64,000 bases of DNA, taken from positions 154,504,001-154,568,000 of the forward strand of contig NC_042997.1 of the NCBI RefSeq assembly GCF_006345805.1. The letters are read 5' to 3'. Below, in pieces: positions 50,055 to 63,734 of this stretch. The notes beneath the pieces are model-generated. The model was not told the origin of the DNA and searched no databases. It was given only the letters and a program-made list of their open reading frames with translations. The DNA is from Octopus sinensis. Taxonomy: Eukaryota. Each line of letters opens with the position of its first letter. Within the stretch, counting starts at the first letter, position 1. The position numbers and the translations under genes are program-made.

Positions 50055-52559
50055 TGTATGTATAATCATATACATACATACATACATGCATACATAGAAT
50101 TCTTTTATTTCGAACAGATCCCCAAACGACGTTATTCCTTTCATTGTTGGCCATTTATTGTTCTTATAAAGTTGTTATACTGTTTCTTAATTGCCTAATT
50201 TTCTTATTCTCTAGTTTTTATCTTCACGAAATATTTACTACTCGCCTTGAATAAGTCGAATTTGTTTGTGGAACGAGGAGTTTTATCTATTTTATACTGC
50301 AGGATAGCTACATGATGTTTACAAAAATGATTGTTTTTTTTCTTAATTTTGAGTTGATTGTAAATCTAATTTCTCCTGTCGCAAAAAGTAGAACTCATAA
50401 ATTTTTCAATCATTTGCCTTCACGCATTTTTAAATACTCAGTGGTGCAAATTATAATTTATCCGTTTGTGCTCCACCTTATCCTATGCTATTTATTCCTA
50501 TTTTCCATATAATATATCCACTCAGATGCAGTCCTTTCTCTTCCCACTTCTGGCTTTTTACTCCTCTTTTACTTAAACTGTTCATTTAAACATCCTGTGA
50601 AGTGAACAAAACAATTTTAACTCCTAATAATATCAAGATTTAAATAGACCGATAAACAGAAAACTACAAGTAATTATAAGTAATGTTATTGGCATAATGT
50701 AGAGGAATCGTCCAACTAAATGGTATTAAATGAACGTTGTGTTTAGAAAGTAAAATTTGGAAACTTGAGATACAAAAGTTTGTTTTAATGCCGTTGTATT
50801 TATATATGAAGGACAGTTCTCTTGCAGCAGAAGAAAAGTGTGAGCAAGAATTACTTGTTGATAGTGATTTGGGAGTATGAATTCCTGGTTGAGAGATACA
50901 GTAATACATTTTAAGGAATAGGGGGAATTTCTACAATGAGATAAAGTATTTTGTTTAATGTTTACGTGATGAGCGGTAGATAAATTGTGATGGTGAAACA
51001 TGAATAGAAATAAGGTTATACGAATGAAAAGATACAGTAAGAAAACGGCACAATGGTATGTTACCGTGTTGAGGTTGTCAATGAGGTGTATTAGTTCAAT
51101 GTAATATAAAGAATATACACAAAATTCACACACACAATGGTACACATAAAATAATACGTTACACAATAGTATTACATGAACATAACTTGAACAGAGTCAC
51201 CTATGCTATTTGACAAGTGCAATGTTACAAAATCAATGCCATGTGAAGTATATTGCACGAAAGAGAAATTTTGTTTATTTCACCAAATCAGATGTAATTG
51301 ATTTTATGGAAGTTGAACTATATGTTATGTCATTCAATATCTTCTCGTGATAGTTCTTTGAAAAATCATCCCATTTTCATATGTTCTTACTCATTCAATT
51401 CTTTTCTCGTTTAAACACCATTTTCGAGAACCCTACTAAGATGAACTTAGTTATTGCCAACATTACGAAGAAGATAACAGAAGAAACATATATAAATACA
51501 TAAATAAATAAATTTCTGTCAGCAAACACTTTCGGTATGTGTATAATATTTGGACACATATAAAAAGAACCAAACCAAATTCAATAACAGCTTTATTGAT
51601 TTCATTACATTCAAAACAGCTTCTTTTTTTTTTCAAGTGAAGTAGAATATGAAAAATTGTACGGAGTCGGAAGTATCAAATCCCAATCATTATACTGTTA
51701 GAATATTATAGATTTATTTTCCCCACAAAGAGAGGGGAGGTATTAATAATGGCTTGGGGTGTTATATTAACACCTGCTTAAAATACTTCCAAATGTAAAT
51801 ATCAAATTCTTTTTTGATGATGAAATTTTAATAATTACTTTTCGTCAAGTTATATATTTTTTTATCATCTACAAAACGAATGAAGCTATGAAAAATTCAT
51901 ATAAAAGAATTATGACATCAGAATATATTAATATTCCCTACATTGCCAAAATACAGAAGTAATTTAATTTTTTTCATAGGTTATTCTTTCGACATGATTG
52001 AATACTAACTATGTATATATAACTATGTATGAAATCATAGATGTCGGCACTTTAATAACTTAAAAACGAGTATCCAGAAAGGAAACAGTTGAAAGATGAA
52101 AGGCAATTGACGAGACCAATGTACAAAATGGCTTCAGATAATTAAACTTTGTGCTAAACCAGCATTTTAAATGTAAAGCCATTAGTCATGGCAAAGCAAT
52201 TTAAAATTGATTGGAAATCATTCTGTAAATGAATTGGATGAATGTGTAATAACTAACTACATAATATCTATTATCCAGTGTAAAACAATTCGATCCTCGT
52301 AAAATGATTTGAAACAAATCTAAACAATTGGATTATCATCAGGGTTATGAGAAAGCTTTTAACCTAAAACGAATCAAATACAAATATCGATTTCTTTGCC
52401 AAGACACAAGACCAATTTAAGAGAATACTGGATCGTCACCGATATATTGTCTTATTTTATCGATTCTGAAGAAATTGTAAGTATAGCTGAGCGTAGTTGT
52501 ATTTGAGTATAGAGGACTGATAGACTCGCAACTAGATATTTAAATGTATTTAAAATATT

Positions 52560-52772
52560 GGTTTCAATTTTTGGCGCGAGGTCAGCAATTACGGGGGAGT
52601 GGTTAAGTCGATTACATTGACCTTAGAACTTAATTGGTAATTGCTTTACCGATCTCGAAAGGATGAAAGGTAAAGTCAACCTCGGCGTAATTTGAAACCA
52701 AAACTTAAAGATGGATGAAATGCTGCTAAGGATTTTGCCCAGCGTGCTAACGATTCTACCAGCTCACCGCCT
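52560..52772 (-). mobile_element. Deu/Nin-type SINE
   Basis: gaaaggatgaaaggtaaagtcaacctcggcg...ccagctcaccgcctt. Confidence 0.8.
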
Positions 52773-53639
52773 TAAATATATTTAAAGCATTACAGACAGT
52801 TTACTGTCTGAATGGGAGAATAGGCAGTGTTGGACAAAATACTTTATGGTATGTGATTACATCACTTTACATTCTGAATTCAAATGACATTCAGTCTACT
52901 TTGACTTTTCTCCATCTGAGATATATAAAATAAATACTAGGGTTTATTTAATAGGTTAAAACTTACAAAGTGATGCCTCCGTATGGGCACGATAATGAAA
53001 TAAAATAATACAGGAGCGTTTATCTAGGATTTTAGTTTTGATTCATGGCATCGTATTAGTTTTCTTCGAATCAGATGATTAAAATAATTAAATAGTGATT
53101 AATAAGGGTATCAACTCGAGAAAATCGTTAAATGCAACAAATGAAAAGAAATTCGACAGAAACTGAAATGCAAGGAAAAGCTATTAGAACACAAAGACGG
53201 AAGTAATATCGATTAAATTCCACTTGAAGATGAGAAGCAACATATAATTGTTTATAATAAGAAACAGTAATGACATAGATTTTCTTCAGTAGATGTGGTG
53301 TCGGCAAATGAGATCGCATCATAATGAAGAACCAAGTGTTTGTATTTTATTTCTGGTATTATATTGCATAATTTAGATAGTGCATTTCTCTTGATATAAT
53401 GTATTTTAGCTGAAAATCGGTTATCAGTTATAAGTCTTCTCCAAGACATTTCTCCATGCACTTGCACAGCGCAAGTTAGAACAATAAAGAGTGTTATTGC
53501 TTGGTGAGACACAAACAAAACAAAAACGAACGTCAGTGTTTGTGCGAAGCTAATCTGTGATAATATAATTTGCTCTTTTCAGGGCAAGGTATATCTTATG
53601 TCTCCTTGTTATTCTCAAAGCCGGAAACAAAAATTGAAA

Positions 53640-53769
53640 TTTTCAGAAAAACAAAACACGAAGACAGGTATACAAACAACAAGCAGATATGTTAGTTTGA
53701 CACTCGGGAAAGTGAGAAAGTCTTTTACGTTTCGAGCCTACGCTCTTCAACAGGAAGTAAACAGAGAGA

Positions 53770-53770
<1 letters not shown>
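53640..53770 (-). mobile_element. Penelope-like pLTR fragment with minimal hammerhead-like motif, copy 2
   Basis: gtgagaaagtcttttacgtttcgagcctacgctcttcaacag is identical to 5361-5402. Confidence 0.6.
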
Positions 53771-53822
<52 letters not shown>

Positions 53823-54028
53823 AGAGAGAGTGCTTGTACATGTGTGTGTCTGCGTGCGTGTGTTTGTGTTTGTGTGTGCGGGTGTGCGTGAATAAATAGA
53901 TAGATTCTGCAAAAGAGTATATGTATGTGTGTATGTATATATGTATGTATTTATGTATTTACGTATTTATGTATGTATGTGCGTATGTATGTTTGTTTGT
54001 TTGTATGTATGTATGTATGTATGTATGC

Positions 54029-54107
<79 letters not shown>

Positions 54108-55119
54108 AATCTATCTATCTATCTGTGTGTATGTATCTATTCAAGTTGCACATTTTGAACCCCCCACCAATCGATGTCGAGAAAATTCTTGAGAACATAT
54201 AAGTCAAATTGATCTGGAAAATGACGAATTTATTAACTTACCATAAAAGAAAAAAAATGGCGAAGAATATAATTTAATAGCTTCATTTTTTTCTTCCTCT
54301 CTCTTAATATTTTCTCCAACGTGTCATTTGTGTAACGAGGTGGTGAAACAGAAGTTATTCTCTTAGTAGGTTTATCAAGGTTTAAAATATTGATCACCCT
54401 TATTAAATTATCTTCAATCTTTTATGCTATAGTGATTAGCAGAATATGAAACCATTCGAAAAATACGAAACACTTCAACAGTACAACTGAAGCTATTATT
54501 CAGTAAATCATGCTTGATCAATCAATTATTCTAGCAACTGTGCGACAATCATTAAATATTTGCGAGTACTGCCTTACCTCACACGCAATGCGGGCGTACA
54601 CAAAGCTGGCATGTACACATATATTGTGTACACTCACACACGACAGTAATCCCACATAGCGTTCATATTCAGCGATTAAATCAAGTGATTCAAGTATTGA
54701 TTTCTTTGTTGGATTGATTAGATTTATTCTTTTTAGCTTCAAACAAACTTAAATGTAGGACTAACGTTTCCCTTGGTAATTGTGTATATTTTTAACTCCA
54801 TTGTTCACGTTAAAAACAATTTAAGTTGATAACTTATTTATTCATCTACTTATTCTAACATGTGTTAACTGAATTAAAACCATGTAGGCAAATGAGTCAG
54901 ATCTTCATTCCGTTTAAGAAATCAAAGAGACTTCAGTTTATCTATGGGCTCGAAAAATGATTTCAATGTTTCTATCAGGATAGCCGTAAAGAATTACAAT
55001 AGAGTATTTCATTGAATTTAACCTTACTGTGAGATGACTTGCTATAGGATTATTCCACACACACATACACACACACACGCATACGCACGCGCACGCATGC
55101 ACACAAAGTCTACACAGAG

Positions 55120-55990
55120 CCTATGTAACGAGAAGGTTATCAAACTGGCCAAACGATTGGAAAGAGGAATTAGTTACCCAATTCATGCAAGAAACCGAGT
55201 ATGTTGGAAATAAAGAACGCTGGTTATGACTGACAGATGAAAACTTGAAAATGAGAAACTGAATCGCTAGCTGTGGCTGCTCAGGAACAAACCATTAAAA
55301 TGGATATGATAAAAACATTGATTGATAAAACTCAGTCAGAGAGCAAACACAGAATCTGTGGGAAAGGAGACGAGAGTATAAATCGTCTTGTAAGTGAATG
55401 CAGTAAGCGATCACAAAAGAACATATGTGCATTCATGATTGTTTCGATAAAAAAGTGCATTGGGATGTTAGCCAAGTGTATTGGTTCAATGTGACAGAAA
55501 AGTTGTATGAACACGAGCCAAAGGTTGTGATGGTGAATGATAATTACAAAGTTTTATGAGATTTATCTATAAAGACTGACCATTCTATAGAAGCAAGGAG
55601 AGCAGATGCGATCGGAGAGGACAAAAATTGACAAAAAGTTTGCAATACAATGTGATAATAGAGCGGACATCAAAGAAATTGTGAAAATTGATAAATATCA
55701 GGACTCAGCCTTAGAGAGATGAAGAGATTGAGGAAGTGAAAAGCAAGAATTATTTTTGTGGTAACTGGAGAGCTGGGAACAACACCCAAACTGCTACCTA
55801 AGATGAAGGATATTGGAATTTTGACACGCAGTATTGACCTGCCGTAAAGTGCCATTCTGTATTCTGTATTCTTCATGAATCCTAAGAAATATTCTTGATA
55901 TTGCAGAAAACTTGTTGTCAAACCTCAAAAGAAAAAGAAGAGACATCCCTGCTAACTGAACTAGCATGTAAAAGCTTTTGAATAATAATG
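55120..55990 (+). mobile_element. R4/Dong-clade non-LTR retrotransposon 3' fragment (zinc knuckle plus restriction-like endonuclease), decayed
   Basis: ETESLAVAAQEQ...SKHRICGKGDESINRLVSECSK / IHD...VHWD...EKLYEHEP...KVL*DLSIKTDHSIEARRAD...KEIVKIDKYQD...VVTGELGTTPK. Confidence 0.85.
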
Positions 55991-56433
55991 GTTTAAAGTT
56001 TTGGCACAACGCCAGCAATTTCTGGGAGGAAATATGTCGATTGCACCGACCCCCAGTGCTCAACTGGTACTTATATTATCGACTCTGAAAGACAAAGTCG
56101 ACCTCGGCAGAATTTTAACTCAATGTAAAGACAGATGAAAGGCTTAGTAAGCATTTCGTCCGGCGTGCTAACGATTCTGCCAGGTCACCGCCTTACTTTG
56201 AAAGATGATAATAATAATAATCCTTTCTTATTTTGGAAGAAGGCCAGCAATTTTGAGAGATGAGCAAGTCCATTGCATTGACCCAAGCAGTTAGCCGGTA
56301 CTTGTTTTATCGACCCCGAAAGGGTGAAAAGTAATGTTGGCCTTAGTGGAATTTGAACCCAGGACGTAAAGACGGACGAAATGCTGCTAAGCATTTTGTC
56401 CGGTGTGCTAACGATTTTGAGATCTCGCCACCT
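55990..56433 (-). mobile_element. Two tandem Deu/Nin-type SINEs
   Basis: Two consecutive reverse-complement copies, each ending in cgcc/cacc-tt. Confidence 0.85.
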
Positions 56434-56434
56434 T

Positions 56435-56561
56435 CATGATGATGATGAGGTTTATGATGATGATGAGGGTGATGATGATGATGGTGATGATGATGATGAC
56501 GACGACGATGATGACGACGATGATGATGATGGTGATGATGATGATGATTATGATGATGATG

Positions 56562-56619
<58 letters not shown>

Positions 56620-56629
56620 TAATAATAAT
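56435..56629. repeat. (GAT)n-(AAT)n compound triplet repeat
   Basis: Direct reading. Confidence 0.95.
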
Positions 56630-56935
56630 CAAGATAGAGAGATACAACCCTCTTAAGTACGAAATAGTTCGGCTATGGAAAAGGAAGAAGGTGAAGATAG
56701 TGCTAATTATTGTTGGGTCCTCGGGAACAGCATCAAAATGCATCAAGAGGAATATAAAGGAAATTGGAATAGAGTGCCCAGTAGAACTGTTAAAAAAGTT
56801 TGTCTCCTTGTCACGGCCAGAATAATTAGGAAAGTGTTAGCTGAAAAGAATGGATAGCATGATACCATAGGCTGCAAGTAGCAAGCTCGCTACGCATGTA
56901 AGACTCTAGGAGATTCAACAAAATCTGTGATAAAT
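56630..56935 (+). mobile_element. 5'-truncated R4/Dong element inserted in (TAA)n
   Basis: KIERYNPLKYEIVRLWKRKKVKIVLIIVGSSGTASK...IGIECPVELLKK/VCLLVTARIIRKVL, then a short 3' UTR; (TAA)n on both sides. Confidence 0.85.
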
Positions 56936-56942
56936 AATAATG

Positions 56943-57003
<61 letters not shown>

Positions 57004-57090
57004 TAATAATAATAATAATAATAGCGTCGGGCGATATACCGCTAAGCATTTTGTCTACTGTGGTAACAATTCTGCCAGCTCGCCGCTTTC

Positions 57091-57138
<48 letters not shown>

Positions 57139-57157
57139 TAATAATAATAATAATAAT

Positions 57158-57712
57158 TGCCCTGATGCAGTACCAGGCAGTGGCTCTTATGGCTTCTGAT
57201 CTTAACTGATTGGAAGTGTTATCATGTACATTGTTTTGTCTTGGTATAAAAGATGGGCTACAGCAAATATTCTGCTCAATACCACAGATTTGCTTTTCAG
57301 TTGTTTGACCTTAACCAGTTGAGCATGTCCCTTAGTGGCTGACGATGTGTGCATCTCTGATCACGAGCAGAAGTAGTGGGGGAGCATCATAGCCATGTGT
57401 TGAGAGGAATTCTTTGGGGTTTGGATAATTCACCTTTGGAAATATAGGTGTTTTGTTCAACATCCTTAAACAATCCTTATTCAGGGACCTTTTGAGCGGA
57501 ATGGGCTACCTGACCAGAAGGAAATTCTAACTGGGCCCCACCTGCAAGGTCATGCGCTGTTTATCTTGATATGAGATCACCATGTCGTGCACATATGGTT
57601 GTGATGCATGTGCCTGGTGTACCCTTATCAGACGGGTAGTCATGATGGGTATGCTGGGCTTCGTATATTTTACCCCAGTATCACTTTGATGGCATGCACT
57701 GCTCTCTCACTC
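57158..57712. mobile_element. ~555-bp non-coding interspersed element flanked by (AAT)n, copy 1
   Basis: tgccctgatgcagtaccaggcagtgg...gctctctcactc; diverged second copy at 57779-58270. Confidence 0.75.
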
Positions 57713-57778
<66 letters not shown>

Positions 57779-57780
<2 letters not shown>

Positions 57781-58270
57781 TCCTGATACAATACCAGGCA
57801 GTGCTTCTCATGGCTTCTGATCTTAACTGATTGGAAGTGTTATCATATGTATATTTTGTCTTCGTATAAAAGTTGCGCCACAACAAATATTCTGTTTAAT
57901 ACCACGGATTTGCTTGTTACTTGCTTAACCATAACCGTTTGAACCTGTCTCTTAGTAGCTAACGATATGTGTATCTCTGATCACGAGCAGAAATAGTGTG
58001 GGAGCATCAAAGCCATGTATTGAGAGGAATTCTTTGGGATTCGCATAATTCACTTCTGGAGACACGGATGTTTTGTTCACTATCCTTAAATAAACCTTAT
58101 CCAGGGATCCCGTTGAGTGGGTTACTCGATCTGAAAAAATTCCAATTGGGCCCCACCTGGAAGGTCAGGCGCCGTTTATCTTGATATGAGACAACCATGT
58201 CGCACATATATAGTTGTGATGCGTGTGCCGGGTGTACCCTTATCAGACAGGTAGTCATGATAGGTATATT
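57779..58270. mobile_element. Same element, copy 2 (diverged, 3'-truncated)
   Basis: Colinear with 57158-57660 (ggcttctgatcttaactgattggaagtgttatcat, tctctgatcacgagcagaa, gggccccacctg, gtacccttatcagac). Confidence 0.75.
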
Positions 58271-58560
58271 GGTACTACTACCACCTTTTTCAGCGACCAC
58301 GACTGCTTAATTTCCCAAGCTAACCTGTCATATCTATCGACTTTTATTCTTCCTTATTGCATACCTTGTTTCAGCTGGGCATACTATATCTATGATCAAG
58401 CATCATTTGCTTTGTCTCTCAATTAACACTGCCTGATTTCCTATTCTCTGTCTCATGGTCGCACTGAATCTTAAAATCTCTTCGGGTTTATGTTCGTACC
58501 ACTTTTTTGCTCTGTCAGGTACATACATGTTGCAAAGTGTCCAATGGACAATCCTTGCTA
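58270..58560 (-). mobile_element. Third R4/Dong RLE fragment
   Basis: Minus strand ARIVHWTLCNMYVPDRAKKWYEHKPE / DFKIQCDHETENRK / CLIIDIVCP / KVDRYDRLAWEIKQSWSLKKVVVVPI. Confidence 0.8.
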
Positions 58561-58755
58561 TTCTTCTTCTCCTTCTTCTTCTTCTTCTTCTTCTTCTTCT
58601 TCTTCTTCTTCTTCTTCTTCTTCTTCTTCTTCTTCTCTTTTCTTCTTCTTCTTCTTCTTTTTCTTCTTCTTCTTTTTCTTCTTCTTCTTCTTCTTCTTCT
58701 TCTTCTTCTTCTTCTTCTCCTCCTCCTCCTCCTCCTCCTCTTTCTTCTGATTATG

Positions 58756-58815
<60 letters not shown>

Positions 58816-58885
58816 TTCATCATCATCGTCATTATCATTAATAATAATAATAAAAAAAATAATAATGATGATAATTAATAATAAT
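58561..58885. repeat. Compound triplet tract (CTT)n-(CCT)n-(ATT)n-(CAT)n-(AAT)n
   Basis: Direct reading. Confidence 0.95.
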
Positions 58886-59554
58886 CATGAAATAAAATTT
58901 AGCAAATTATAGAAAATAATGTCATTAGAAAGGCGTAATTTAGCTCCTGCCCAGACCATGAAAACTCACGGCTGCCAGAGGCATGTAAAGTTATTTTAAA
59001 TTACACCTTGAAGTAATAAAGGTTGGCTCAATATCTTGTAACATGATCCAACAACAGAGACGAAGATCAACCCTTTTTGGCTCCATCTCCCGACTTCTTT
59101 TTCTTTCTCTTTTTTACCTGTATTGTCTTACTCCCTCCCCTCTTCGCAGTCATCAGATTAGTTTTTCATATTCTCCTGTTCCCCCAAACAATTTATTGAG
59201 TTGATTTGTTGTGCTGGAGAGGATATAAAGATGAGGAAACGCAGGGAAAAGGAGAGGAAAAGAAAGAGGGAAGAGAATGAATGAGTTATACAAATATTGT
59301 TTATAATCTCTGTAAAGGAAATGTTTGCAGAATTGATAGCAAGAACACAAATAAAACATTTTCGTTAACCCGAAGAAGAAGAAAAAAAAGATACTTGTTG
59401 AATAATAAAAGAGATTGATAAACAAGTTTGCAATCAAATGTCGGAAGGATACGTATGTGTATATATATATAAATATATATGTATATCAATATATTTACTT
59501 TTAAGTAAATAAATGCATACACTTGCATATATACATACATACCTATATATATAT

Positions 59555-59646
<92 letters not shown>

Positions 59647-60093
59647 CACTATATAAATATATATATATATGTATATTATATACACATATATATGTATGAG
59701 TAATCTTTATAATATATTAAGTGCTTTTTGTTCCACATATGTGTAGCATGTACATCTATAGATGTATATCGTTACACAATAATCGATACGTATGTGTGTG
59801 TGTGAGAGAGAGAGAGTGTGTTTATGAACGTGTGCGTATTCTTTTACAGCCACAACATACTCTCTCACACATATTTGCATCCATATTCCGCTCTTTGTTA
59901 CTGAAACAGCATAAGCAATGTAACGGACTATCCACCGTGAAGCAAAAGGAATAAATCATATATATTTGTACAGCTTATTGATTTATCAAGGAATATTGCA
60001 AATGAGAATATTAGTGTTCAGTTTTATTGTTATTTTTTGTCGGCTTTTATTATAAATATTCACACCTCAATGAAGGTTGTGAATAAGATTTAA

Positions 60094-60127
<34 letters not shown>

Positions 60128-60895
60128 GCACACACACGGCATTGCATTATATATTACATTAAAGAGTGTTGGTGTTGGAGATGTCATCAGAGGTTCGTCA
60201 TATATAGTATTTGCTTTTCAACGCTCAATGTGGAGCTGTCTGTTTCTTTTCTATATTTTCTATGTTTTGTTAGAGTATATCTATATGTAATTTGTTTAGA
60301 CTGGGTCTATTTTTTAACGTTGCACTCATAGAACTAACCGAAACAGAGCCGCCGAAAATATTTGTTTCAATGAATCTTGGGTATAAAAGGATCTGCATGA
60401 TACACAATATATAAAACCTTTTCTGGACTTTTCATTACACTGCTTAGCTGTACCAACTCTTCTATTATTTTCAATAAACGTGTTTGATCGATATGCAAGA
60501 AATAGTGTCCAAAACTCCTAATATCCCATCCTCTAGACATAAAAAGGAAAGAGGTAACATATAGATTTAGGATAATGTAGTTTTGAAAACATTATATGTT
60601 GATAGGATGACGTCTCACTAAAGTGACCGCACACTAACGTGACCACACCCTTAGATTTTCTGGGTTAGGTTCTTGACCCAAAAGGATATTAGCAATGTAA
60701 GCAACATAACAGGATATCCGATTTCTGAGTCACTAACGGCCAGGAGAAAATAAAGATTTTTATATACTTGGTCTTGTGAATTTAAATCTAGTACAATTGT
60801 TTAACCATTCAACTTTCTATGAAGGTTTCTCTTATGGTATCTACCGCAGTATAGCTTGTTCTAATAGAAAATCCACGTTATAGTGGAGATAAATA

Positions 60896-61105
60896 TTAAC
60901 TCTCTATTCTGTCAAATGTAATACTTATTTATTTATTTGAATTGATCGTGCATTATCTTGTAGCTTCAAGATTTTAATGATGCGATCGCTTATTTTTAGA
61001 ATGACATTGTTGGGTAGGTGTGAGAGGTCAAATTTAGCGAGTTTGAAGATAAATCAGACAGAATATTTGGACCAAATACGACCGGTTTAAATTCTGAAGA
61101 TTTAA
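60896..61105. mobile_element. Decayed MITE, possibly piggyBac-like (TTAA ends)
   Basis: ttaac-tct...ctgtcaaatgtaat...gggtaggtgtgagagg...ccggtttaaat..gaagat-ttaa; ends are degraded. Confidence 0.35.
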
Positions 61106-61521
61106 AGTGCTTTATAATACCATCTTTATATTTATCTTTTAAATCCAATTTATGACTTTTGATGATCCAAGTCAAATTTAAAGAATTTCTTAGGAAAAAG
61201 AGAAAAGCAGCCCCTGTTTGAGAGAAAGTATTGGAATCATTTTTAATATCAATTTTTATTATTGCTTTTATGGAAAATGTTCAAAATTTTGCGCTAAGAC
61301 CATACCTACCTCAAATTTTACCCTATTGTCTTTAAATGAAATGCAGTGAATAATATGATCCAAGATATACCGTGTCGGAAAAAAAAAGATGGGATGATTA
61401 CAGTTGAGATACCTTTGATTACAGGTCTGTTGATCAGAAATTAAAGTTACGAATAACGGATATCATCAATAACAACAATAGAACATGCAAAGAAAAAATT
61501 ATAACAAATAAATTGATTGCA

Positions 61522-61599
61522 GATGAGAAGAAGAAGAAGAAGAAGAAGAAGAAGAAGAAGAAGAAGAAGAAGAAGAAGAAGGGGGAGGAGGAGGATGAC

Positions 61600-61640
<41 letters not shown>

Positions 61641-61692
61641 GGAGGAGGAGGAGGAGGAGGAGGAGGAGGAGGAGGAGGAGGAGGCAGCGGCG
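61522..61692. repeat. Compound triplet tract (AAG)n-(GAG)n-(GAT)n-(GAG)n
   Basis: Direct reading. Confidence 0.95.
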
Positions 61693-62004
61693 CGATGACG
61701 TCGACGAAGAATTTCATACAATATGATTTTGTAATCATCAGGATAGTCACAAGTCACGCGAATTATTTGCTATTGAAATATATTTCTTTCATCTTCTTTT
61801 TAAAATTACATATGAAACATATTCACCAAGAATAAAACGCCTGTTGGAGCTGCATGATTTAATATGTAACACTATGAAACACGAAGAACATAGTGCAAGC
61901 TTGTTTCAAAGACACTGACTTTTCACTCCGATTCATAGTCATTCGTTGTGTAATTGCCTATTATGTATTTATTTTTGCTTAATTGCTTTAACTTTTCTAA
62001 TATT

Positions 62005-62215
62005 ACTTTCAAATTTTGGCACTAGGTTAGTAACTTTTTGGAGAAGAAGACGATTACATCGACCTCAGTGCTCAACTTGCACTTATTTTATCGATCCCGA
62101 AAGGATAAAAAGCGAAGTAAACCTCGGCGCAGTTTGAACACAGAATCTAAAGACGGACAGAATGGACCTGAGCATTTTGCCCGGTGTGCTAACGATTCAG
62201 CCAACTCGCTGGCTT
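62005..62215 (-). mobile_element. Deu/Nin-type SINE
   Basis: cttattttatcgatcccgaaaggat...aacctcggcg...gccaactcgc. Confidence 0.75.
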
Positions 62216-62277
62216 TATTGACTTTCCTAATATTGCAAAGCATGGACATAGTTTCGAGTTTAATTCCAATGTACATC

Positions 62278-62610
62278 ACCTTGCCGAAGTATCTTCTGCT
62301 ATAGCTCCTTGTGAGCGAATTTGGTAGGCGGACACCATGTGGAAGCACACCAAATATGTGTATGTGTGTGTGTGTCCGCACGTGCATGTGCGCGTATCTT
62401 TGAGTTTGTTTCTCCACGGTATGAACCAGTGTTGGTTTGTTTACAATCACCCCCTAAACGCACCTAGTGGTTCGGCAAGAGAGAACACTAGGATTAGTAT
62501 GAGATCTTTTAAATAAAAATGTACTCGAGCCGATTTGTTGGATTAAGCCGTACGAGGTCGTGCCCCAACATGGCCACACTCCAATGACTGAAACAAATAA
62601 AAGAAAATAA
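62278..62610 (+). mobile_element. SINE (internal-microsatellite family), decayed
   Basis: tcttctgctatagc...ttggtaggcgga...gtgccccaacatggccacac...gactgaaacaaataaaag. Confidence 0.7.
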
Positions 62611-62673
62611 TTAGAGGCAATTGTACACACACACGCACACACATACATATGTGTGTGCGTGCATATATACATG

Positions 62674-62709
<36 letters not shown>

Positions 62710-63645
62710 CGCGCTTATATATATATAGATATATCACCGTGACCGACCAGGCTATCAGATGTTGCTACACATCGCTGGTCACAATGCCATTTTCATTATT
62801 GTAGCCTTCAAGTACAAGTAACGCCACCCCGGTTGCTAAGCGTGCAGGTCAATATATATATATATATTATAATATATATATATATATTATAATATATATA
62901 TTATAATATATATATATATATATTATATATATATATATATATATACATTATATATATATATACATACATATATATATATATGAATATATGTGTGAGAGTG
63001 TGCGGGTGTTCGTGGGTGTGGGTGTGTTTATTTATGTGTGCGTGCATGTGTGTGCTTGTATGTATGTGTGTATTTGTACACATGCCTCTAATTAAGATTC
63101 AAGGCAAGCCATATTGGGTGAAGATTACATTGCTACCATTATTTCTCAGATACTTTATTTTATCGACCTCGGAGTGATGAAAGGCAAATTACTCGTAGAA
63201 CTCGGCAGTATTTGAACTCAGAACGTTACAAGGCGTGAACAAACACCACAAGGTATGATTCCGACTCTATGACGATTCTAAATAACATATAATACTTTAC
63301 GAATCAGCTTTTTCCCCTTCAACTTAGTTTTAAAATGAAGCCGGAAATTACCAGTAAAAACGTTAGATACCCATTATTTTGCGGAGCAGAATAATTTTAG
63401 ATATTCTGTAGTGGCTTATTTATATTGCATAGACCAAAAGTTACAACGGAGCTTTTGTTAGAAAGCATTCATCCTCGTCTAGTCAACATCTAATTTGAAA
63501 AGCTGTCACTTTTCACATTTGTACATCTCCATGGAGATCACTGATAGTATACAGTGAGTCAGATATGATCAGATTTGAAAGTTTGAAGCCGTCCATATCT
63601 ACTACTTGTAATGTTAGAAGTATGTGTATAAGTATATATATATAT

Positions 63646-63707
<62 letters not shown>

Positions 63708-63734
63708 GTGCGTTTGTTTGTGTGTGTGTGCATG

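Noticed and set aside
50726-51166. 146-aa minus-strand ORF
   Set aside because: Non-ATG start, composition of AT-rich non-coding DNA, no motif.
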